64,000 bases of DNA from Candidatus Micrarchaeia archaeon (GTDB lineage: Archaea; Micrarchaeota; Micrarchaeia; Anstonellales; Bilamarchaeaceae): contig JAXLQI010000002.1 in assembly GCA_046331685.1 (NCBI GenBank), forward strand, positions 34,630-98,629. The letters are read 5' to 3'. The translations under genes and the position numbers were made by a program. The notes beneath the pieces were generated by a model, which was not told the origin of the DNA, made no database searches, and saw nothing but the letters and a program-made list of their open reading frames with translations. Below, in pieces: positions 8,765 to 18,803 of the stretch (positions are counted from its first letter, which is position 1; every line of letters starts with the position of its first letter).

Positions 8765-10912
8765 TCACCTGTACATGGTAGCCGCAGCGGCCTCGAAGCG
8801 CTGGACGCTCTCGACGTCCTCCTTCTTTATGCTCGGGACGATGGATTTGAAAGAGATCTCGAAGTGCCGGGCCACGACCTTCCGGGATCCTTCCCTTATC
8901 GCAGCCATGCCGGCCTCCCGGACGAGGTTCTCTATGTCCGCGCCGGTGTACCCTTCGGTGAGCCTTGAGAGGTCCTTCAGGTTCACGTCCTTGTCGAGGG
9001 GCATCCTCGCTGTCGCGATCTTGAATATGTCGAGCCTGGCGTTCTCGTCAGGCGGCAGTATCTTCATGAGGCGGTCGAAACGCCCTGCCCGCATGAGGGC
9101 GGGGTCCAGCATATCGGGCCTGTTGGTGGCGGCTATCACGACGACATTCTTGAGGCTCCGCAGGCCGTCCATCTCTGTGAGGAGGGTGTCGACTATCCTT
9201 TCGGTCACCATGGTCCCGGATTCGCCGTGCCCCCCCCTCCGGACAGCAATCGCATCTATCTCGTCTATGAATAGGACGCAGGGAGCGGCCATCCTGGCTT
9301 TCTTGAATATCTCGCGCACCGACCTCTCGGACTCTCCGACGTATTTGGTCAGGACCTGCGCCCCGCTGATCGATATGAAGTTGGCTTCGCTCTCGTTCGC
9401 GACAGCCTTCGCAAGCAGCGTCTTCCCGGTGCCCGGAGGGCCGTACAGGAGGATCCCCTTTATCGGGCGGATCCCCATCTTCTCGAAAACCTCGGGCTTC
9501 TTGAGCGGAAGCTCCACAGCCTCCATGATCTCCTTCTTGACCTCGGGCATGCCACCGATGTCGTTCCACCTGACGGTCGGCCGCTCGACATATACCTCGC
9601 GGAGCGCCGATGGCTGGATCTCATGCATCGCGTTGAAGAAGTCGTCCCGCATGACAACTATGGTCTCGAGGATCTGAGGCGAAAGGGTCTCCTCCTCTAT
9701 GTTTATGAGGGGCAACGCCCGGCGCATGGCCTTTATCGCGGCTTCCTTGGTCAGAAGCCCCAGGTCCGCCCCGGTGTATCCGTGGGTGACGTTCGCGATC
9801 TCGGTGATGTCGACATCCTTGGAAATCGGCATCACCCTGGTATGGATGCCCAGTATCTCGTTCCTCCCCCTCTTGTCAGGCACCCCTATCTCGATCTCGC
9901 GGTCGAAGCGGCCGGGCCTGCGGAGCGCCTGGTCAATCGATTCGGGCCTGTTGGTCGCTCCGATGACTATGACCTCGCCCCTGGTCTTGAGGCCGTCCAT
10001 GATTGTCAGGAGCTGGGAGACCATCCTCTTCTCTACCTCTCCCATCACCTCTTCGCGCTTCGGCGCGATGGCGTCTATCTCGTCGATGAATATTATGGAC
10101 GGCGCATTCTCCTGGGCTTCGGCGAACAGCTTGCGGAGGCGCTCTTCGCTCTCCCCGACGTACTTGCTGATGATCTCGGGCCCGCCGACATAGAAAAAGT
10201 TGGCATCGGACTCGTTCGCCACCGCTTTGGCTAGGAGCGTCTTCCCGGTCCCCGGGGCGCCGTAGAGCAGGATCCCCTTAGGCGGGTCGATCCCGAGCCT
10301 CTCGAATATCTCCGGGTGGCGGAGAGGGAGCTCGATCATCTCGCGGACTTTCTGGATGGTGTCCTTGAGGCCTCCGACATCGTCGTAAGTGACGTTCGGG
10401 ACGTTCTTCATCTCCTTGATGGGCTCCTTGTTTATCTTTATCTCGGTCTCCTCGCTTATCATGACCGGCCCCTGGGGGAACACCTGAGCCACGACAAGAG
10501 GTATCGAAGTGCCGAAAATCCCGACCGGAAGGAGGTTGCCTTTCAGGAGCGCTTTCCCGATTAGCCTTTTCTTGACATACTGGTCGAAGCCCACCGAATA
10601 CCTGACGGGCTCCTGCGGGGCGAGGACGACCTTCTTGGCGACCTTTGCGGTGACGGGCTCGGCCCGGACCTTCTCGCCAAGCCCCACGCCGACGTTCTGG
10701 CGCAGGATGCCGTCCATGCGGATCATGTCCAGCCCTTCGTCGTCAGGGTGGGCCTGCCACACGATGGCGAGCGCTGATTTCTTCCCGATGAGCTTGATTA
10801 TGTCTCCGGTCGATACCCCAAGCTCGCTTTTGGCCTTGGAGTCCACCCTCGCTATCCCTCTGCCTATATCATTCTGGAAAGCTTCAGCGACTTTCAGGGT
10901 AATAGATGGCAT
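8765..10912 (-). CDS. cdc48: CDC48/VCP-like AAA+ ATPase with two ATPase domains
   Basis: 715 aa; N-domain followed by two Walker A/B modules ('GAPGTGKTLLAKAVA', 'GPPGTGKTLLAKAVA') and SRH regions. Confidence 0.95.
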   Translation of the reverse strand: MPSITLKVAEAFQNDIGRGIARVDSKAKSELGVSTGDIIKLIGKKSALAIVWQAHPDDEGLDMIRMDGILRQNVGVGLGEKVRAEPVTAKVAKKVVLAPQEPVRYSVGFDQYVKKRLIGKALLKGNLLPVGIFGTSIPLVVAQVFPQGPVMISEETEIKINKEPIKEMKNVPNVTYDDVGGLKDTIQKVREMIELPLRHPEIFERLGIDPPKGILLYGAPGTGKTLLAKAVANESDANFFYVGGPEIISKYVGESEERLRKLFAEAQENAPSIIFIDEIDAIAPKREEVMGEVEKRMVSQLLTIMDGLKTRGEVIVIGATNRPESIDQALRRPGRFDREIEIGVPDKRGRNEILGIHTRVMPISKDVDITEIANVTHGYTGADLGLLTKEAAIKAMRRALPLINIEEETLSPQILETIVVMRDDFFNAMHEIQPSALREVYVERPTVRWNDIGGMPEVKKEIMEAVELPLKKPEVFEKMGIRPIKGILLYGPPGTGKTLLAKAVANESEANFISISGAQVLTKYVGESERSVREIFKKARMAAPCVLFIDEIDAIAVRRGGHGESGTMVTERIVDTLLTEMDGLRSLKNVVVIAATNRPDMLDPALMRAGRFDRLMKILPPDENARLDIFKIATARMPLDKDVNLKDLSRLTEGYTGADIENLVREAGMAAIREGSRKVVARHFEISFKSIVPSIKKEDVESVQRFEAAAATMYR

Positions 10913-10915
10913 TTT

Positions 10916-11878
10916 CTAACACCGGACAACAATCTCGCCGTCCTTATCCTCTATCTTGACTGCGATTCTAGTATTTAATATGCTATCTTTTTTAAGCTCC
11001 ACGACGGTGGAAAGAGCGATGTCATCCGCCACCGCGACCCCAAGGAGCCTGAGGGCGTTCCCCCGGTCAAGCCTGACGAGCCTCCCGTCCACATCGAAGA
11101 TGGCCGACCCGCCCGCGCACTCCACCGACCTGATGGTGCCAAGGAGCATCTCGCTGCTCCTCCTCGAGAGCAGCCGGGCATCAGAGCCGAGCTCGATGTT
11201 CCCGTTCTTCACGACCGCCCCCTCGATGATCACCTCATCGCCCACCCTGAGCCTGCCGGCCCGGTCGGCTCCTCCGACCGCCACGCAACGGCGCTCGTCA
11301 TGGCCGTCCGAAAGCACGAAAGAGAACCCCCGGACCTTCACCCCGTCCCGGACGAACGTGTCATATCTCTCGATAGCGGTGACGAAGCCCCGCACATGCG
11401 CGACCTGGCCTTCCCCGAGGGCCGCAAGGGCGGTGAATCCAGCCTTCTCGGAGACGCTCAGGGATCCGCTGTAGCCGAGATGGAGCTCGCCGCCCTTCTC
11501 ATATGCCCCCCTCACGATGATCCTGTCTTTCACGCGGAGATTCCGCCCTAGCGAGACGTCCTCGTTCCAGAGGACCAGCGGCTTCGTTCCGCTCTCGTCA
11601 CCGACCGTCACCACGCGCGAGCGCTTTCCTGAGGAATACTCGGCGACCGGCCATATCTTCCTCACTTCAGCGTCGAAGGTCACCTTCTTCTCCCCCTTCG
11701 GGATCTCGCCCACCTTCCAAGCCTTCTCCTCGCTCCTCAGCAATCCCTTCTCCTTTGCGATCAGACGGAGAGCCACATCGCGCGTCAGGAAACCATGGAA
11801 CGAGCGTATCCTCTCCCCGATAAGGTGCTCGAGCTGGTCTTTGGGGATATCCTTCAGCAGCTCCTCCTCAAGGTCCAT
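10916..11878 (-). CDS. Hypothetical protein with internally repeated OB-fold-like modules, co-transcribed with cdc48
   Basis: 320 aa; 4-nt gap to cdc48 start; internally repeated 'VRG..V....G' beta-rich modules. Confidence 0.5.
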   Translation of the reverse strand: MDLEEELLKDIPKDQLEHLIGERIRSFHGFLTRDVALRLIAKEKGLLRSEEKAWKVGEIPKGEKKVTFDAEVRKIWPVAEYSSGKRSRVVTVGDESGTKPLVLWNEDVSLGRNLRVKDRIIVRGAYEKGGELHLGYSGSLSVSEKAGFTALAALGEGQVAHVRGFVTAIERYDTFVRDGVKVRGFSFVLSDGHDERRCVAVGGADRAGRLRVGDEVIIEGAVVKNGNIELGSDARLLSRRSSEMLLGTIRSVECAGGSAIFDVDGRLVRLDRGNALRLLGVAVADDIALSTVVELKKDSILNTRIAVKIEDKDGEIVVRC

Positions 11879-11908
11879 ATCCGCATATTGGCAGAGAAGC
11901 GATAAAAA

Positions 11909-12658
11909 CTATCGCCGCCCGGGATAGATGAGGAGCGAAGCGAACGTCGGCCCGTATTCGGCCACAGCGTAATCAGGAGCGACGGTCTCCCTGCAAAACA
12001 CTCCGAGGTTGCGCAAGAGGAGGCCGTCCACCTGAGGAACGAACGTCCCTGGCTGGATATAGAACAACGCATCCTCCCTGCTCTTCGGGAACGGAGCGAT
12101 TATCCACTGGTCATTATATGTCATGACCCCCTCCTTCTCGACAGGCACGACCGCTTCGAACGGAGGGGAAGGGGTGTCGGTCATGACCGAATATGATTTC
12201 AGCGCCCCGATATACCTCTGCTCGCCAGGATCCCTGTATCTCGGGTTGAGGAGGAAATACACCGGACCGTTCTCGTCAGTAACCCCTATATCCTGGAAGA
12301 CGAACCAGCAATACGTGAGGTCCTGCTGGCCATGCCTCTTCTCGTAATCGACCAGATGCTCCTGCGTCCTGCCGTCGTTAATATGGACAGTGGCACGCAG
12401 GACCACATCTATCTCCCCTCCTACAGCGACGCGTTCCATCGCCTGCTCGCCGCCGAGGGCGTATGCCGAGACCTGGCCTATCGGAGGCGCGAGCGGTGGA
12501 TGGAGGTGAGCGCAGCCGGCACCGAAAACCGCCGCGGCCAAGATGCCTTCTTTCAGGCCGTTTTTCCTGAAAAACATCCTGCCCGTGGCTGGCGTCTCGG
12601 CATCCGCCGCTTTTCCGGCCATCGATCCATGTCGGATTTCCATACCCTGACCACTCAC
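11909..12658 (-). CDS. Hypothetical secreted protein
   Basis: 249 aa; hydrophobic N-terminal signal-like segment with Cys ('AAAVFGAGCAH'); no family recognised. Confidence 0.45.
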   Translation of the reverse strand: MSGQGMEIRHGSMAGKAADAETPATGRMFFRKNGLKEGILAAAVFGAGCAHLHPPLAPPIGQVSAYALGGEQAMERVAVGGEIDVVLRATVHINDGRTQEHLVDYEKRHGQQDLTYCWFVFQDIGVTDENGPVYFLLNPRYRDPGEQRYIGALKSYSVMTDTPSPPFEAVVPVEKEGVMTYNDQWIIAPFPKSREDALFYIQPGTFVPQVDGLLLRNLGVFCRETVAPDYAVAEYGPTFASLLIYPGRR

Positions 12659-13311
12659 CTGAGCGGAACGACCACGACATCCAGCTCCTTATCGAAATAA
12701 AGCATGGCCTTGGGTTCGTCCGTGATGCGGCAGAACTCCCTGACCCTCCCAGAAAAAGAATCGTCCACTACGGGCTGACGGCTGTTCTCCCTGATGCGGA
12801 ACAATATCCCTGCCCCGCCACCAGCCAGCCTGTATCTTCCGTGTCCGATCTCAGAAACCCCGACCACGGACTCCTGGCCCGCCGGCGAACCCGGAACCCG
12901 TACGATCTTGCCTATGAACGGGCTCTGCCCCGCTTCGGCCGAACGGGGATTCAACAGGTATTCCCCGTCCGAGCCATGAGAATAGAACAACCAGCAGAAC
13001 CGGCTGGCCGGAGAGTGCATCTCGATGATGTTCACGTTTATCCTTTTGGGCACCGAGTCGCTGTATTCCACGCCCACCGTGATCGTATCATCCTTCCTTG
13101 GCGAGAGCCTTGAGATAGGTTCAGCGACCGGCCGATACCAATAACTCTCCGCTGGTGCGCATCCGAGCACGCCAACTGCCGAGAGGACCATCGCGCCCTT
13201 TCTGATCGAGGGCGACCTCCTGGAAACGGTCATACCTGATCCTTCCGGACCGACATCTTGCCTGAGATTCATCAATATCATATCAGCCTGGAACTGTTTA
13301 TAAATATTCAA
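12655..13311 (-). CDS. Hypothetical secreted or lipoprotein-like protein
   Basis: 218 aa; 'RRSPSIRKGAMVLSAVGVLGCAP' resembles a Tat/lipobox signal; 4-nt overlap with the downstream gene. Confidence 0.45.
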   Translation of the reverse strand: MNIYKQFQADMILMNLRQDVGPEGSGMTVSRRSPSIRKGAMVLSAVGVLGCAPAESYWYRPVAEPISRLSPRKDDTITVGVEYSDSVPKRINVNIIEMHSPASRFCWLFYSHGSDGEYLLNPRSAEAGQSPFIGKIVRVPGSPAGQESVVGVSEIGHGRYRLAGGGAGILFRIRENSRQPVVDDSFSGRVREFCRITDEPKAMLYFDKELDVVVVPLR

Positions 13312-13371
13312 TATCTCTCACTTTCTAACACTTCTTCAAGCTTCTTTAAACCAATCCCAGCTAATCATGGC

Positions 13372-14373
13372 ATGCACAAGATGAGCAATCTCGAGTTCTT
13401 CTTCATCGCTAAAGAACTGTCCGGGTCCCTCGCTGGCAAACACTTCAGCCGGATCCGGAAACTCGGGGATGGCATCTACCGGATGAAGATCGGCACCCTG
13501 GAGATCCTCGCAGAAAGCGGAGTGCGCATCCATGCCACCAAGTACATCGAGACCAGCGACGAGACGGACAAGTTCGTCGAGAAGCTCAACAAGGAGCTCG
13601 ACAACGGCCGCCTGATCTTTGTGGAGCAGCTGAACCAGGACCGGATCGTTTCGTTCAATTTCGACAAGGGGCAGCTTGTCTTCGAGATGTTCGGAGGAGG
13701 GAACGTCATCCTCGTCCAGGGCGGGACCACGGTCTGCGCCCAGAAATACGAATCATGGTCGGACCGCGAGATAAAGGCCGGCTCGCCCTACAGCCCCCCG
13801 AAGAACGTCCCATCAGCTCTGCTCGAGGTATCGGAGAAATACATCATCGTATCGCTGATGAAGCTCCCGCTCGGCAAGGAATATGCGCTCGAAGCGCTCA
13901 GGCGGGCGGGCATCGACGAGAAGCTGCCAGGGTCCAGCCTCAGCGGCAACCGCATCCTCAGCCTCGAGCGCGAGATCTCGCTCATCCGGGAGAACGCTGC
14001 CCCTTACGGTTTCTTCGATAACGGCAGGCTGGTGGACTTCTCGCTGACAAGGCTCTCGGCCTACTCCGGACTTGAAACGCGCTCTTTCCAGACCCTGAGC
14101 GAAGCTGCGGATGAATACTACCACTCATACGAGAAACCGAATCCGTTGCTCGAGAAGCTGACCGAACGCCTGAGCAAGCAGAAGGAGCGCATCGCCGCCC
14201 TCGAGACCGAGGAGAAAGACCATCGCGCTAAGGGGGACATGATCTACCAGCACTACCAGCTCGCCGAAGAGATACTCTCGATGGCCAAAGCAGGAAAATT
14301 TCCCGAGATAGAGGCCCGCTTCGCCGCGAGGATAGACAAGAAGGAGAAATCGATAGAGCTGGACCTTCAGTAG
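13372..14373 (+). CDS. NFACT-N domain protein (archaeal Rqc2/FbpA-like N-terminal homolog)
   Basis: The track ORF starts at a TTG (13258) and overlaps the upstream gene, so it was trimmed to ATG 13372 ('MHKMSNLEFFFIAKELS...'). Architecture matches the NFACT-N family; C-terminal coiled coil. Confidence 0.55.
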   Translation: MHKMSNLEFFFIAKELSGSLAGKHFSRIRKLGDGIYRMKIGTLEILAESGVRIHATKYIETSDETDKFVEKLNKELDNGRLIFVEQLNQDRIVSFNFDKGQLVFEMFGGGNVILVQGGTTVCAQKYESWSDREIKAGSPYSPPKNVPSALLEVSEKYIIVSLMKLPLGKEYALEALRRAGIDEKLPGSSLSGNRILSLEREISLIRENAAPYGFFDNGRLVDFSLTRLSAYSGLETRSFQTLSEAADEYYHSYEKPNPLLEKLTERLSKQKERIAALETEEKDHRAKGDMIYQHYQLAEEILSMAKAGKFPEIEARFAARIDKKEKSIELDLQ

Positions 14374-14774
14374 GTCTCTTCGTTGGTTATCAGCACCTTC
14401 TCCAGGAGGGTGTGCGCGCGGCGCGGCTTATCGACCAGGAGCGCGATTATCGTGTGCTTGCCGTCCTTCGAGAGCGTGTGGACGGCCTGGAGGTTTATCC
14501 CTCCCTTCGCCAGCATATCGGTGAGCTTGCTCAGCTCTCCGGGGTCGTCGTTCAGCTTCACTACGAGCGAGTTGGCCTCTTCGACGGCGTACCCTGCCGC
14601 CTCCACGACCTGCTTCGCCTTCACATTATCAGCGACGCCGATAGAGATTATCGCTTTGCCGGCCACGACTTCGACGCTCACCGAGTCGATGTTGATCTTG
14701 GATTTCGCAAGGATATACGATATGTCGGCAAGAAGCCCGACCTTGTCGTCAGCAACCACAGTGATCGTTTTCAC
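14367..14774 (-). CDS. ACT-domain protein (tandem ACT)
   Basis: 135 aa; two beta-alpha-beta-beta-alpha-beta ACT-like repeats ('KVGLLADISYILA', 'GGINLQAVHTL'). Confidence 0.7.
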   Translation of the reverse strand: MKTITVVADDKVGLLADISYILAKSKINIDSVSVEVVAGKAIISIGVADNVKAKQVVEAAGYAVEEANSLVVKLNDDPGELSKLTDMLAKGGINLQAVHTLSKDGKHTIIALLVDKPRRAHTLLEKVLITNEETY

Positions 14775-14789
14775 ATCCCCACCTCTGGA

Positions 14790-15086
14790 TCATAATCTGT
14801 AAATCTGAATATATGGTGTCTTGTTTATATACATGACGTCATTTTTCCCGGCCAACCCTATCCCGATAGCCGTCGCGACCGATTCCTTGCCGACAATGTT
14901 GGCCGAGGAAAAACTCCCCAGGGCATCCTTCACTTCCCCGGGCCCTGCCTTGCCGCCCACATAGAAGCTCCGATAGCGGTCGAGGTCCATCACGATATCC
15001 TTCCCTTCCAGCACCTTGCCTATGAGGTCCTCGTCGCAAACAGCGACGATCCTCCCCTTCGGGCTCTCATGTATCCGCAGGTACAT
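14790..15086 (-). CDS. Small conserved hypothetical protein (about 98 aa)
   Basis: Only the C-terminal 98 aa of track ORF 14790..15572 have protein-like composition ('MYLRIHESPKGRIVAVCDEDLIGKVLEGKDIV...'). ATG confirmed at 15084-15086 on the minus strand. Confidence 0.5.
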   Translation of the reverse strand: MYLRIHESPKGRIVAVCDEDLIGKVLEGKDIVMDLDRYRSFYVGGKAGPGEVKDALGSFSSANIVGKESVATAIGIGLAGKNDVMYINKTPYIQIYRL

Positions 15087-15119
15087 CGCATCGCTATCTG
15101 CAGATAATTTAAAGTTCCT

Positions 15120-15662
15120 ATGTATATCTCTTCCATGCGCCTCCTGCTGATCCTGATGCTTATCGCTTCCATCTACGGATGCACCAGGCCGGCCACGGTC
15201 TCGAACTCCTCGCCAGTCGCGACGCCACAGCCTCCGAGGGAAGTCCTGAACTCCACCGAAGGGAATATCACTGCGTCGCCAGAACCTCCGGCAGCCGTCC
15301 CGGCCGGCACGGGAAATGGCACCGCTCCCCAGGCCACCGCTAATGCAACCCCGGCAGAAGCGCCGGGGAACCCTGGACCGAACCAGACCGGGGAGCCGGC
15401 CAAGGCCGGACTTCCTTTCGCCGGAGGGAAATACCGCATCGTGCTGGATGATGTCTCCACGATCCCCACCTCGGCCGAGCCCTGCGGCATATTCAGCATA
15501 ACAGACCAGACAGGCTCTGTCCTGGAGAAGATGCTGATCTGCCCGCCTGATTCCGAGACATGGACCGACCAAGATGGCCGGACCTTCCGGATAAGGGTGC
15601 TAAAGGTCGCCGCAGGATATTCGCACCAGGTGACCTGGGCCCAGGTAATCGTCGTCGGCTGA
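15120..15662 (+). CDS. Secreted lipoprotein-like protein with Pro/Thr/Ala-rich linker
   Basis: Signal peptide followed by Cys ('LIASIYGCTRP'); low-complexity PT-rich linker with NxT sequons; a globular C-terminus; divergent from 14790..15086. Confidence 0.5.
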   Translation: MYISSMRLLLILMLIASIYGCTRPATVSNSSPVATPQPPREVLNSTEGNITASPEPPAAVPAGTGNGTAPQATANATPAEAPGNPGPNQTGEPAKAGLPFAGGKYRIVLDDVSTIPTSAEPCGIFSITDQTGSVLEKMLICPPDSETWTDQDGRTFRIRVLKVAAGYSHQVTWAQVIVVG

Positions 15663-15795
15663 GGTCTCTGCCGGAGGATCAGCTACTTAATAGTTACTAT
15701 TCATATACTTTTGTGGTGTTTATCTGAAACAAGCGGGATGGGCCGACAAGGTCAAGGAGAAGATCGCACGTAACGGCATCAGGCTCCCACAGCCA

Positions 15796-16653
15796 TTGAC
15801 AGAGACAACGGAATCCTTCTCTACAAAACTGACACGCCTCGAAGACCCTTTCCCGCTCTTCCGCTTCCTGAGCGTGGAAGACGTCGCATGGATCACCGCC
15901 TTCTCGGCCGATTATAGGGAGAGCAGGTTCTTCGCGGAGGCATTCTGCAAGAGCGCCGGCCATGACTCACGCCTGTTCCGGAAAGCGGTTTCCGCCGGCT
16001 CCTCCTTCGGACGGATGGATCCGTCGTACGGGAGCGTCGTGTCTGCAAGCTACTACCTGCTTGCGAACACTCTCGGCGCTGACCAGTCGCGGGCAAGGAT
16101 GGTGGTCGGAGAGAACAGCCTGCCTTCATTCTCCCCCCCGAGCCTTAGCTCCTACGGCATGCGATGGCTGATCGTGGGCCGCGAAATGAAAGCCGGTTAC
16201 CCGGAGGAGATACTGAACACCGCAGGATCCGACCGTGAGCGGCTCGAGCTATTCATGGATGCGCCCCTCGGTTTCGTGCTTACATACAAAGGAATAGACA
16301 ATGCCCTATGCAGCTTCTGGCCGCATGAGCCGGATTCAGTGCTGATCTACCAGATCCAGGGCGTCCGCAGGAAGAAGTTCCGCGGCCAGCTTGTCACCGG
16401 ACGGCATCATTCGGCGGGGCTGAACACGATCGATTTCCGGAAGGCTCTCGTGGACCTCGCATCGTCATATGCCAGGGAGAGCGGCTTCTCACGGATAGGG
16501 ATCCGCGGCGCCCGCAATAACATATGGACCAACACCGATGACGATGGCCGGCCCCATATCCCGATGGAGCGGGCGAGCGAGGTCTATGACGGCACAGCGC
16601 TCAGGCTAGGATTCTCCGCGTCGCGGGATGGCAACTGGTATCGGCCTCTCTGA
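15796..16653 (+). CDS. Hypothetical protein
   Basis: 285-aa ORF starting at TTG on the track, so the true start is uncertain; no family recognised. Confidence 0.3.
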   Translation: MTETTESFSTKLTRLEDPFPLFRFLSVEDVAWITAFSADYRESRFFAEAFCKSAGHDSRLFRKAVSAGSSFGRMDPSYGSVVSASYYLLANTLGADQSRARMVVGENSLPSFSPPSLSSYGMRWLIVGREMKAGYPEEILNTAGSDRERLELFMDAPLGFVLTYKGIDNALCSFWPHEPDSVLIYQIQGVRRKKFRGQLVTGRHHSAGLNTIDFRKALVDLASSYARESGFSRIGIRGARNNIWTNTDDDGRPHIPMERASEVYDGTALRLGFSASRDGNWYRPL

Positions 16654-16663
16654 GCACCAAGCT

Positions 16664-17299
16664 TCATGGGGATTTCAGCCCGGCATAGGCGTTCAGGATC
16701 TGCATCATCGAAAGCGACGCGTTCATCAGGAAGAAAAGGAGGGATGCGAGCCTCAGCCTGTCCAGGGATTCGTCGAGCGATATTCCGGCGTCCGCTATCG
16801 CAGCTTCTGCGCTTTCCTCCTGCTGCCTCAGGCCGGCGATCGCAACCCGGAGCTCTGACAGGCTTTTCCCTGAAGCCCCTATCGCCCCTCCGGTCCTTGC
16901 TATCGCCTCGGAGGAAGACCTGAGCGAAGCCGCCGAACCTGCGAGCCCGCCGACGGCCAGGCTGCCTCCAGGTATGATGGAGACCGCTCCTGATACGGCG
17001 TCAAGCGAATCGCCTGCTGCGGCCAGCCCATCTGAAAGCGGGCCGATCGCGGATCCGAGCGAATCGAGCGAACGGCCTGAGCTGTTGACCAACCCCTCCG
17101 CCCCGTCCATAGCCCTGCCGAAGCTCCCTACCGTGCTGTTCACGCTCGAGAGAGCCTTGTGGGCGGACGAACCGATCCCGTCAATCGCGCCGTTCACCAT
17201 CATGAGTATGGATAACGCGGCTATGATGCCTACGATACCGAACGCCATAGATGCCTTGTAGATTAACGCCCTTTCCATGGGGTGACTATCCGCCGGCAA
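16664..17299 (-). CDS. Hypothetical membrane protein with Ala/Gly/Ser-rich low-complexity core
   Basis: 211 aa; N-terminal TM ('IVGIIAALSILMMV'), long AGS-rich region, C-terminal hydrophobic segment. Confidence 0.4.
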   Translation of the reverse strand: MPADSHPMERALIYKASMAFGIVGIIAALSILMMVNGAIDGIGSSAHKALSSVNSTVGSFGRAMDGAEGLVNSSGRSLDSLGSAIGPLSDGLAAAGDSLDAVSGAVSIIPGGSLAVGGLAGSAASLRSSSEAIARTGGAIGASGKSLSELRVAIAGLRQQEESAEAAIADAGISLDESLDRLRLASLLFFLMNASLSMMQILNAYAGLKSP

Positions 17300-17312
17300 T
17301 TCTTATTCTTAT

Positions 17313-18794
17313 TCATTCGGCGAACACCTCGACTCCGCTTCTCTTCTCCTTGACCTTGAGCATGAGCGAGACGGCGGCGGCGAACAAAAGGACCGTCCCT
17401 GCAAGGATGAAAGAGAGCCGGTAGGCATCGACCTGCGACTTGAGCGCTATCAGGGCCACAGCCTGCGCGATCACCCTCGGATCCGTGCTCCTGATTATGC
17501 TGTCCCCGGCGATCGAAAGGACGTTGCTTTTCGTGGCCTCCGTAACGATAGTCGCGAATATCGCTATGCCGAAGGCTCCGGCGATGTTCCGCGCCAGGGC
17601 GAGGATGGAGGACGCCACGCCTATCTCATCCGGCGGGACCGCCGAAGCGATTATGTTCGTCCGCTGGGACATGCCGAACCCCAAGCCGGCGGCTATTATG
17701 AAGATCGGTATCATGATCTCGACCGGGCCGGACCGCGGGTCGAGACCGACGAGGAGGAGCATCCCTCCTCCGGCCACAAAAGTGCTGATCGCTATGACGA
17801 TCCTGGGCTCTACCTTCCCGACAAGGCCTGCCCCGAGCGGAGCGGCGGCCATGAGCCCGAAAGCCATGGGCATGAACAGGTACCCTGTCTCTGTCGCCCC
17901 ATACCCCAGGAACGTCTGGGCGAAGACCGGGATCAGGAATATGCTCCCCATCATCGCCATGAACACCATGAAGTTGTTGAAAAGGGCACCGCTGAAAGCG
18001 CTGATCCGGAAAAAACTGAAATCTACTATCGGGTCGGGGTGGACGGAGTCGATCCGGTAGAATATGTAAAAGAACAGCGCGGACGCGATGTAGCAGGCGA
18101 TGCTCTCGTAGGACGTCCATCCCCATTCCAGCCCTTTGTCGAGAACCAGCACCAGCGTCGAAAGCGCGATGCCGAGCGTAGCTGCCCCCCACCAGTCCAG
18201 CTTCACGTCCTTGCGCTCCCCTACCGATTCCCGGACGAAAAGGACGGCCATCACCATGCCGATCAGGCCTATCGGGAGGTTTATCAGGAAGACCCACCGC
18301 CATCCGAGATTGTCTATCAGGGGGCCGCCTATCAGCGGTCCGAACACCGCTGAAGCCGCGAACGCGGCAGACCAGATGCCGAGGGCCTGGGACCGCTCCC
18401 TCGCGCCACGGAACGTCACGGCTATTATAGCCATCGCAGTGGGGTAGTCGGCCGAGCCTGCTATCGCCTGGATCACCCTGAAGAGGATCATGGAATCGAG
18501 GTCCCAGGAGAGGCCGGCCAGGATGGATCCGAGGATGAAAAGCCCGAAGCCCCACAGGTACACCTTCTTCCGTCCTATGATGTCGCCGAGCTTGCCCCAG
18601 ATCGGGACGAACACCGCGTTCGCGAGTATGTAGGCGGTGCCGATCCATCCGGCCTGCGCGAAGGTGATCGCGAAATCGTTCATGATCTTCGGGAGGGCCA
18701 GGTTGACTATGGTCTGGTCCAGCCTCCCCAGGAAGGTCCCGACTATGACGGTGAGCAGGATCAGCCACTTCGTCCTATCCATCCCTTCGGCCAT
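17313..18794 (-). CDS. emrB: MFS drug:H+ antiporter, 14-TMS DHA2 (EmrB/QacA) family
   Basis: 493 aa; MFS signature ('GKLGDIIGRKK') and about 14 predicted TMS. Confidence 0.9.
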   Translation of the reverse strand: MAEGMDRTKWLILLTVIVGTFLGRLDQTIVNLALPKIMNDFAITFAQAGWIGTAYILANAVFVPIWGKLGDIIGRKKVYLWGFGLFILGSILAGLSWDLDSMILFRVIQAIAGSADYPTAMAIIAVTFRGARERSQALGIWSAAFAASAVFGPLIGGPLIDNLGWRWVFLINLPIGLIGMVMAVLFVRESVGERKDVKLDWWGAATLGIALSTLVLVLDKGLEWGWTSYESIACYIASALFFYIFYRIDSVHPDPIVDFSFFRISAFSGALFNNFMVFMAMMGSIFLIPVFAQTFLGYGATETGYLFMPMAFGLMAAAPLGAGLVGKVEPRIVIAISTFVAGGGMLLLVGLDPRSGPVEIMIPIFIIAAGLGFGMSQRTNIIASAVPPDEIGVASSILALARNIAGAFGIAIFATIVTEATKSNVLSIAGDSIIRSTDPRVIAQAVALIALKSQVDAYRLSFILAGTVLLFAAAVSLMLKVKEKRSGVEVFAE

Positions 18795-18803
18795 GGAAAT
18801 ACC

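Noticed and set aside
14790-15572. 260-aa minus-strand ORF
   Set aside because: The N-terminal 160 aa are Arg/Gly-rich and antisense to the better-supported plus-strand secreted protein (15120-15662). Only the C-terminal 98 aa (14790-15086) look like real protein.
17626-18768. 380-aa ORF antisense within the MFS transporter gene
   Set aside because: Extremely R/P/G/H-rich; a typical high-GC antisense artefact. The sense frame has clear MFS motifs.
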